From Poseidonia sp. (GTDB lineage: Archaea > Thermoplasmatota > Poseidoniia > Poseidoniales > Poseidoniaceae), in assembly GCA_965661285.1 (NCBI GenBank), contig CBFIDD010000001.1, forward strand, positions 160,001 to 224,000: DNA of 64,000 nucleotides. Reading direction: 5' to 3'. Below, one piece after another: positions 58,201 to 64,000 of the stretch. A program made the translations under genes and the position numbers. The notes under the pieces were generated by a model, which saw nothing but the letters and a program-made list of their open reading frames with translations, made no database searches and had not been told where the DNA came from. Positions within the stretch are counted from its first letter, which is position 1. Each line of letters starts with the position of its first letter.

Positions 58201-60200
58201 TCCACCGTGATGTCAAAATACCAATCTTCGACCGTTCCGTCGGCATTGAGCCAGTTGGTGAGCTCGTTGCTCTCTCCATCGTCGTAGAATTGCTCAAACT
58301 TCACTTGAACCTCGATGTAATCGTTCTCGCTCACATCGGTCGTTCCCTCGACCGACAAGGTGTTGCCTGCGAGGTGGAGCGTTTGGTTCACCGGGGCGGT
58401 CATCGCGACATCTTCACCAAGTCCGTCGCCACCGGGAGGCGGTGTGACCACGATGCCCCCGTTGTCTTCCAACGGCGTGCATGCACGGTCCAAAACGTGG
58501 TCGAGCGCGCAAGAAGCGTCGACCAAACCAAAGCCCCATTTGTCGTTCCAACGGTCGGAAATGTCCGACGCCGAGGCTGAACCACGTGATTCTGAGGAGT
58601 TTCGGAGGATGTTGCGGATGTCCTCAGGAGAAAGGGTGTCATCGGCTTGAAGCAGACTGGCGACGATGCCGGAAACCAACGGGGTGGCCATGCTCGTCCC
58701 GTCTTTTGCATCGTAATCGTTGTCGGCGAGGGGCCGTTCTGGTTGACCGGGGAAGGACGGTCCGGTAGCGGCGGTCGCCGAGGTAATGCCGCTTCCGTAG
58801 GCGGTCACGTCGGGTTTTAATTCGTCCCACTCGTCGTCGTCTCCGTCGTCCAAGCGAGGCCCCCAGTTGGAATAGGATGCCATCACGTCATCGGTTCGGT
58901 TGACGCTGTTGCGGTCGTTGACAGCCCCGATGGAAATGGCGCCATCAGCGCTGGCTGGGGAGGGAACGCGCTTCGACCCGTCGTTGCCCATGGCGACGAT
59001 ACAGACAATGCCTGCGTCTCGAGCATCGTTGACCAAACGCGCTTCGGCACCCGAACCGTTGTCGCCTTCGTCATCGGGGTTGAGCGGACTGCTCAACGAG
59101 CCAAAGGACATCGAACCGACGTCAATGCCCCGGCTCGACTCGTTGTTGCCCCAGTCGGTATCTTTGTTGTTGATCATCCACTGAATCCCATTCAGGGACG
59201 CTTGAGAGTTTGTGCCGCCTGAATCGGTCAGCACCTTAATGTCGACGAGATAGGCGCCCATACCGCTTCCTGTATGAACTCGTTGAGCGCCCCCTGTTCC
59301 CAAGGCCGTTGCCGCAACGTGCGTTCCGTGCCCCTGGCCGTCATCCGGGTCAACCGTCCCGTCCGGGTTCGAAGCGGATGAGGTGGCGTCAAAACCGGCC
59401 ACCCACTTCTGGTCGTTGTAGCTGGTGGCATCGCTGTCGGGTTCGTCATCCACGTCATCAAAGTCGTTGAGGGCTCGGTGTTCGTTGTCCACACCGGTAT
59501 CAAGGACGGCAATGACGACGCCCTCGCCGTAATAACCACGCTCGTAGGTGCTCGCAGAATACACCTCGGAGGGCATCGCTCGAGCGGCTTCGGAAGCCAC
59601 GCCGTTGAACGGAACCATCACGTTTTGCATTTCAATCACGACCACACCCTCGAGTGCGTATATGTCCATGAGGGCGCTGACGGGCACTTTGTCGACGACA
59701 ACCGAGTCGATGGCGTTCATGACCTGGAACCAAGCCCCGCCGGATTCGGAAACCCAACCGTGCATGTTGAGGACCGAACGAAGTTGTTGAACTTCATGGT
59801 GATTCGGTGCCCACGCGTAGTCCACGACGATGGCCACGGTTTTGCGACCGTCGGGACCGACGATGGCGGTTGGCGAAATTGACTCGTGACCTGCGAGCAC
59901 TCGCTGAAGTCGGTCATCCATACCGTTCCAGTCGAGGTCCGGACCGTAGCCAAGCCACCACTGGTCTGGCTCGGAGGAGGCTCGATCACCTCGCTCGATA
60001 AGGCGAGTCGGACGTTCGCAAAGGTCATCGCCGCACATCAACGGCGGCAGGCCATCGACGAGAATTGGCTCGTCGTAGCCCTTTGGTTCGGCGGTCATGG
60101 TGGAGGTTGCAAGGACGCCGCCGCTGACATCTGCGAGGAGCACCAGCAAGGCAAAGAGAACGGCACCCATAGGTAGCGAACGTTGTGACTGACGAAGCAT
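55296..60200 (-). CDS. Large membrane-anchored S8 subtilase with Ig/CARDB domains and cytoplasmic Pro-rich plus Zn-ribbon tail
   Basis: VLDTG, HGTHVA, GTSMA triad; TM then RR; CPSC...CPVC at C-terminus; start 60200 or 60170. Confidence 0.9.
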   Translation of the reverse strand: MLRQSQRSLPMGAVLFALLVLLADVSGGVLATSTMTAEPKGYDEPILVDGLPPLMCGDDLCERPTRLIERGDRASSEPDQWWLGYGPDLDWNGMDDRLQRVLAGHESISPTAIVGPDGRKTVAIVVDYAWAPNHHEVQQLRSVLNMHGWVSESGGAWFQVMNAIDSVVVDKVPVSALMDIYALEGVVVIEMQNVMVPFNGVASEAARAMPSEVYSASTYERGYYGEGVVIAVLDTGVDNEHRALNDFDDVDDEPDSDATSYNDQKWVAGFDATSSASNPDGTVDPDDGQGHGTHVAATALGTGGAQRVHTGSGMGAYLVDIKVLTDSGGTNSQASLNGIQWMINNKDTDWGNNESSRGIDVGSMSFGSLSSPLNPDDEGDNGSGAEARLVNDARDAGIVCIVAMGNDGSKRVPSPASADGAISIGAVNDRNSVNRTDDVMASYSNWGPRLDDGDDDEWDELKPDVTAYGSGITSATAATGPSFPGQPERPLADNDYDAKDGTSMATPLVSGIVASLLQADDTLSPEDIRNILRNSSESRGSASASDISDRWNDKWGFGLVDASCALDHVLDRACTPLEDNGGIVVTPPPGGDGLGEDVAMTAPVNQTLHLAGNTLSVEGTTDVSENDYIEVQVKFEQFYDDGESNELTNWLNADGTVEDWYFDITVDDDWVDADESYSLVYARALNENGEASVVDVRIVRFARMTVSISEPPLGEALVGLTEFSGTAEGIEHDRIEYKIDSLDWQVGQTLDPEGDAVQDWSFSWDSSQVGDGSHRVSVRLVNASGVTSDVLKRTYEVDNLPAAPNFAFTGTVGVYDGGLPVNSAVAGTVLEVRFGLRNIGDLDADEVYLTLDGPGSDSTTYPSEGKVTSLEQGDSVQVTLYWWATEAGTHDVTLSLDPTNQYEDPDRSNNAYTFSFVIDERPIEPMLRFLPGAARTTPDVPVPGTPYDLRVRVDNLGQTDASSLSLGLERWIEEVGWQRLDDQPVALVPGSSTTSGYAFARFADVHDTAGAVSYRAVLSGSGVEIEHSEFRFNITVADVRPGSKVGLSLATGEVAVDFVGLNNGGLLFTTLDGELHVRTITSTLAMVGGTVLEENWGGELAMYQRDDGLVQVAWTRRSLSVEGYILTDIAMTSISAAGKTTPKHYHMPALKLSEGSYYGFTFDQYDGTMVLAGYHRDLSTSGSWQDITSLFVISSPSPDKGNSWTNPLTVLSDIDIRPGDAQPVAVGLGEEYLHLLYQEYRDDVTGVERVGLMYTHGSYTSSSWSFQYSVGDSAKYPAMEVLVDDDEDRLLAAWIEGQGKVSNVVMANTDALWSGDNIQRTLAPGVSTLGFAQRNDGVYLYHDEINIYGPVHRMGLVADGEGAPVHGMSNMIDDGYLFGVGVMEEDTIICSMTPSGSLSLSKVASFGGSNEPVEVPGLLETLLDYLPGESNEVKYRILAGTLGLLVLFLGVVVVMVRRSHAEVEELLEELGAEDDGVELMITPEQDQGPLVSIEEDAEVLTVQESQLAVMVEEEDETLAAELERKLEEGEGNARLERRMKRKQQREMADILQKGLPPLPAPGLPMPDAVPMPDALPVPGALPPLDGHLPLPAPALPLPELKREATCPSCQASFGVKDLMLKRITCPVCSNTFDF

Positions 60201-60287
60201 CTCTTCACCTCTCGTTCTGCTGGAAGGCTTGCCCACCTTTGATTCTATCCTCAGATGTATCATCACACGACCCGATGATGAAAGGAA

Positions 60288-61334
60288 TTAACGGGGTGGC
60301 CATTCAAGGTGGCCGGGTTCGACGGAGCATTGCACGTGGGGGCCCGAAGTGCGCTCGACCAGGCCCAACGGCGCATCGCAGGTCGGGCAGCGGCCTGTGT
60401 CAGCCACATGTTCCATCCATGCTGCTCTCGTCTCGGGCTCATCGCTGGCCTGCACGAGGTTTTTCAGCGGTTCACGCAAATGTTTGGGAACCTCGAGGCC
60501 ACGGGCTGTCCACGGGTCTTGGACCGTGGTCAAGTCCACCATGTTGGCCTTCATGCGCCGCCGCTTCGCTGCATGAGCGTCGCCCTGACTTGGCCCTCCG
60601 TCAACAACACCCAACGCAACCGGACCCCCCTTGGCCACCAACGGCAGGAGAGCGTAGGCCGCAACGAAGCCACCGATGTGAGCCATGTGCGCAATGCCGC
60701 TTGACACCCCAGCGTCCATTGTGGCGAGCGCCCGGGCCAATTCCAAACCGAAATACAGAAGCGCGATGAAGACCACGGGCCAAGGGCGAATGAGCAACAG
60801 GGGAAACGGAATCTCGTCCCTTGGCCAGCCGGCAAGGTAGGCCCCGAGCAGGCCAAAAGCGGCCCCTGACGCACCAAGCGCGGGCGTGTAGGAGTCGGCG
60901 TTGAAGGCCACCCAGCCCAACGAACCACCGAAGAGACCGATGACGTAAACAACAGCGAATCGCTTGGCACCAAGACGTTGTTCCAACGGCACGCCAACCA
61001 AAGCCAGAATGACGACGTTGCCCAACACGTGCATCATATCGCCTTGGCTGTGAAGAAAACCAGCCGTAGCCAACGTGTGCACAAAGGCAGGCTCAAAGGC
61101 GCGAACCGGAACGAGGACGAAATCACTCCACACCCAGTAGTTCACCAACCCCCAATTGTACAACAGGGCCCAAAGCACCTGAACCACCGCGCCCAGCAGA
61201 ACCGAGACCGTGATGCCCATTGCCACCGAGGTCCGTGTTCGAACGGCGTAGAAAAGGGGTGCAACGATGGCCACAAACCAAAGCAGCAGCACCGCCCACT
61301 CCATCGTGTTGAACAGCGACATGGCGAAGGCCAT
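60288..61334 (-). CDS. Rhomboid intramembrane serine protease with C-terminal Zn-ribbon extension
   Basis: FLH..HVLGN, GASG, AHIGG; C-terminal CPTC...C...H. Confidence 0.92.
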   Translation of the reverse strand: MAFAMSLFNTMEWAVLLLWFVAIVAPLFYAVRTRTSVAMGITVSVLLGAVVQVLWALLYNWGLVNYWVWSDFVLVPVRAFEPAFVHTLATAGFLHSQGDMMHVLGNVVILALVGVPLEQRLGAKRFAVVYVIGLFGGSLGWVAFNADSYTPALGASGAAFGLLGAYLAGWPRDEIPFPLLLIRPWPVVFIALLYFGLELARALATMDAGVSSGIAHMAHIGGFVAAYALLPLVAKGGPVALGVVDGGPSQGDAHAAKRRRMKANMVDLTTVQDPWTARGLEVPKHLREPLKNLVQASDEPETRAAWMEHVADTGRCPTCDAPLGLVERTSGPHVQCSVEPGHLEWPPR

Positions 61335-61423
61335 AGGAGGCGCTCTGCTTCCCTCTCTTTTGAGTTGATGTCTCAACGGGCGAAAACAGGAGGGTTCTTC
61401 CTTGGCGAACCTTTCCCCGCAAC

Positions 61424-62638
61424 ATGGCCAAGGCCTTGCTCAACCTCGACGGCGTGCAGGTTCGCCGAGGCATGAGGACCGTGTTGGACGGGTGTTCCCT
61501 CGCCGTCAACAGCGGGCAAACCGTGGTGTTGACCGGAGCCAACGGTGCGGGCAAGTCAACACTGCTTGAAACAGCCGTTGGCCTGCTTCCCATGGAAGCG
61601 GGTCGCGTTCACCACGGTGGCATGTTGGTCGCCGACGGCGAAGGGCGCCGACGCAACGCCCCGCAGACACTGGGCATGGTGCTCCAGCGAAACGGTATGC
61701 TGGGGAGTGAACTTCTCGGTGAACACCTGTCCACCGCCATGTCGATGAGCGGCCAAAGCGTTGACGTGGAGCCTTTTCTCGAGGCCTTCAACCTGACCCA
61801 CCGAGCCAACGACCTCGTCGCCCATCTCTCTCAAGGCCAGGCACGCAAGGTCGCTGTCCTTGCAGGATTGCTTCCCGCCTTCGCCAGCACCGAACCGGCC
61901 TTGGTGATCTTGGATGAACCCGATGCAGGTTTGGACGACGCTTCGATAGAAACGCTCGTGAGCTGGATCAACGAATTGCGGAGTATGGGCCACGGGTTGC
62001 TGATCGCCACCCACGACGAGCGAATCGTGGAGCAGGCCAGCCATTTGTTCAATGTGGACGAGGGCGAGGTTCGCACCGCATCAGCGCCAGAAGACGTCCA
62101 CCCAGCCACCCGCAGCGCAACCAAGGTGAAACCCGTTTCTCGAGCGGCCTTCGGGGTGCAAATCCATCTGCGAACCATGATGTGGCTCAACACCAACGCG
62201 ATGGCCGGACTCCTCACGCTCGGCATCTTACTCGCTCTGGGTGATTTCATGGATGGGTTGGACGCGTTGCAACGGATGGGTTTCATTCTCGCCCCCACGC
62301 TGGCCGTCGGCCTGTGCGGTGAGCCGCTCGTCGCTGCTCTTCGCGAGGAGCGAGCCGGCGTGTGGTGGCGTGCGGTCGGTGGCGGCGAGCCCCATGCAGG
62401 CTGGATGCCGTTGGCCATCGGTGCCGCATTCACGTTCCTTTCGACCAACGGTCTGGGCGAAGCACGCGAAGCCTCCACCGTCCTCGTCGGGGCTGCCCTG
62501 TGCTTCGTGGTGTGGCACAGCGTGGGGTGGATGCAACGGTCAACGCAACGTCTTGCGCGCCCTCACGCCGTGTTTGTGGGGTTGCTCACACCCGTGCTGA
62601 TTTTACCCTACTCGCTCCTCATTTCCGTGCTCGCATGA
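61424..62638 (+). CDS. CcmA-like ABC ATPase fused to a multi-TM (CcmB-like) domain
   Basis: GANGAGKS, LSQGQ, ILDEP, ATH; about 5 C-terminal TM helices; adjacent to ccmC. Confidence 0.8.
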   Translation: MAKALLNLDGVQVRRGMRTVLDGCSLAVNSGQTVVLTGANGAGKSTLLETAVGLLPMEAGRVHHGGMLVADGEGRRRNAPQTLGMVLQRNGMLGSELLGEHLSTAMSMSGQSVDVEPFLEAFNLTHRANDLVAHLSQGQARKVAVLAGLLPAFASTEPALVILDEPDAGLDDASIETLVSWINELRSMGHGLLIATHDERIVEQASHLFNVDEGEVRTASAPEDVHPATRSATKVKPVSRAAFGVQIHLRTMMWLNTNAMAGLLTLGILLALGDFMDGLDALQRMGFILAPTLAVGLCGEPLVAALREERAGVWWRAVGGGEPHAGWMPLAIGAAFTFLSTNGLGEAREASTVLVGAALCFVVWHSVGWMQRSTQRLARPHAVFVGLLTPVLILPYSLLISVLA

Positions 62639-62680
62639 GACAAACACCAAGTTCAAGGAGGACAATTCAGCCCGTCGGCC

Positions 62681-63376
62681 ATGAGGTTGGGAGAAGCCGT
62701 GTTGTTGACCGGTTTCTTGGGCATTGGTGCAACCCTCCTTCTCGCCCTTCTTTGGGCGCCAAGCGTCTCCCTCGATGCGTTTGAATCGCCGGCGGCCCAG
62801 CGTATTTTCTACTGGCATGTTCCAGCCGCATGGGCCGCGTTCATCGCCTTTGGAGCACTCTTCGTCGGTTCGGCAGGCTGGCTGTTCAAGCGGTCCGAAT
62901 GGATGTGGCGTCTGCATGTGGCCGGTTCGGAGGCCGGCCTCGCCACCGGACTCATGACCGTGTGGTCGGGTTGCGTTTGGGGCGCTGCCGAGTGGGGGAC
63001 ACCGTGGGATTGGACCGATGTTCGATTGAACACCTTCGGACTGCTGACCCTGCTCGCCATCTATGTCGTCCTCGGACGAAACAGCCAGCCAGACGGTGTT
63101 GAAACGAGAGACACCTTCGCCGCCTTCGGACTCTACGGCTTTGTTTTGGTTCCGCTCACCTACATCGCCACGCGCATTTGGACCATCCGTCATCCCGGGC
63201 CCGTGGTCGCCACCGGCGATGAGGGTTCCATCAACGGCGACATGGGCCTCGTGCTCCTGATAGGGGCGGTCTCATTTACCGTCTTCATCATCGGTCACAT
63301 GATGGCCTCCATGCGGTTGACGTCGATGGAACAGCGATTGGAACGAATGCAGCAAGGCCTTGACGGTGGTGTTTGA
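62681..63376 (+). CDS. ccmC: Heme exporter/cytochrome c biogenesis protein CcmC
   Basis: RIFYWHVP, WGAAEWGTPWDWTDVRL (WWD domain), RHP. Confidence 0.9.
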   Translation: MRLGEAVLLTGFLGIGATLLLALLWAPSVSLDAFESPAAQRIFYWHVPAAWAAFIAFGALFVGSAGWLFKRSEWMWRLHVAGSEAGLATGLMTVWSGCVWGAAEWGTPWDWTDVRLNTFGLLTLLAIYVVLGRNSQPDGVETRDTFAAFGLYGFVLVPLTYIATRIWTIRHPGPVVATGDEGSINGDMGLVLLIGAVSFTVFIIGHMMASMRLTSMEQRLERMQQGLDGGV

Positions 63377-63377
63377 A

Positions 63378-63542
63378 ATGGAAGGCATGACCTATCTCGC
63401 CATCGCCTATTTTGGCATGCTCGTGGCCATCGGCTTGTGGACATGGACGGTGGTGCAACGAAGTCGGCGGCTCGACCAGCGCCTCCTCGCCATGGAGGCG
63501 GCCAGCGCCAAAACCGATGAGGACGCTCCTTCCGAGGCGTAG
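63378..63542 (+). CDS. CcmD-like small membrane protein
   Basis: 1 nt after ccmC stop; YLAIAY TM helix followed by a charged tail. Confidence 0.65.
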   Translation: MEGMTYLAIAYFGMLVAIGLWTWTVVQRSRRLDQRLLAMEAASAKTDEDAPSEA

Positions 63543-63584
63543 TCTTTCAAAGGCTGTGCCGCGACAGGGGGGGCAGGGAGACGC

Positions 63585-64000
63585 ATGTCAGCGCAACTCG
63601 GCGGAGAGTTTTGTTTGGTCTGCGGTGCAGACCCTCCCCTCTTTGGCGACCGTATGTGCGAACCGTGCCTCCGGGCCCGAACCGTCCTTGCCAAAGTTCC
63701 CGAAAATGTACCGTGGGTGCGTTGTGCGCGATGCGGCATTGTTGAGATCGAAGGGAAGTGGGAAAACACCACTGAAAACGAAGTGTGGGACGAATTGCTC
63801 CATCGAAATTTGGTGGTTCACGAACGGGCCGAAGACATCCAACTGGCGATGGAACCGGTCAAGGTATCCGACCGACACACGCTGCTCCACATCCAACTTG
63901 AAGGCGTCATCGACAACCTCCTGTTTCAGGAAGAACACACGATGCGAGCACGGATGGCCAACGGCGTGTGCCTCACCTGCACCCGCAGGGCAGGGAATTA
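63585..64000 (+). CDS. nmd3: NMD3 family ribosome-associated Zn-finger protein (3' truncated; absent from the ORF track)
   Basis: Hand translation: MSAQLGGEFCLVCG...MCEPC...RCARCG...W...VCLTCTRRAGN, open to the window end. Confidence 0.85.
   Translation, partial: MSAQLGGEFCLVCGADPPLFGDRMCEPCLRARTVLAKVPENVPWVRCARCGIVEIEGKWENTTENEVWDELLHRNLVVHERAEDIQLAMEPVKVSDRHTLLHIQLEGVIDNLLFQEEHTMRARMANGVCLTCTRRAGN

Noticed and set aside
63588-63938. 116-aa minus-strand ORF
   Set aside because: Antisense to the truncated NMD3 gene, which has clear CxxC motifs
1-64000. Mobile elements, provirus or defence island
   Set aside because: No integrase, transposase, capsid, cas or restriction-modification motifs seen; composition looks uniform by eye

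Overview
Gene-dense, GC-rich archaeal chromosome segment. Archaellins, TBP, NMD3, archaeal SepF-like, MutS-like and KaiC/RAD55-like genes, mixed with many bacterial-type enzymes and very large secreted, membrane-anchored proteins, point to Marine Group II Euryarchaeota (Ca. Poseidoniales). The taxonomy is inferred from gene content, not from a search. About 44 CDS are supportable; no rRNA, tRNA, CRISPR or mobile element was seen. Main leads: (1) large single-pass surface proteins with conserved Pro/Trp-rich cytoplasmic tails (GPPLP..GLP.GWTMEQW..YG.QWL twice, an aromatic OCRE/WW-like tail, a Pro-rich plus Zn-ribbon tail), next to a SepF-like gene and a Zn-ribbon rhomboid; (2) a non-canonical TATA-like box (TTCAAG/YTYAWR) fixed 29-30 nt before many start codons, implying leaderless mRNAs, while tbp has a canonical box, a second box over its start and a ~20-aa insertion; (3) IleRS with a GIHH signature; (4) a large-to-small subunit fused aconitase X; (5) a reelin-like domain; (6) a CcmA-membrane fusion with ccmC and ccmD. 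All product calls come from motif recognition by eye.
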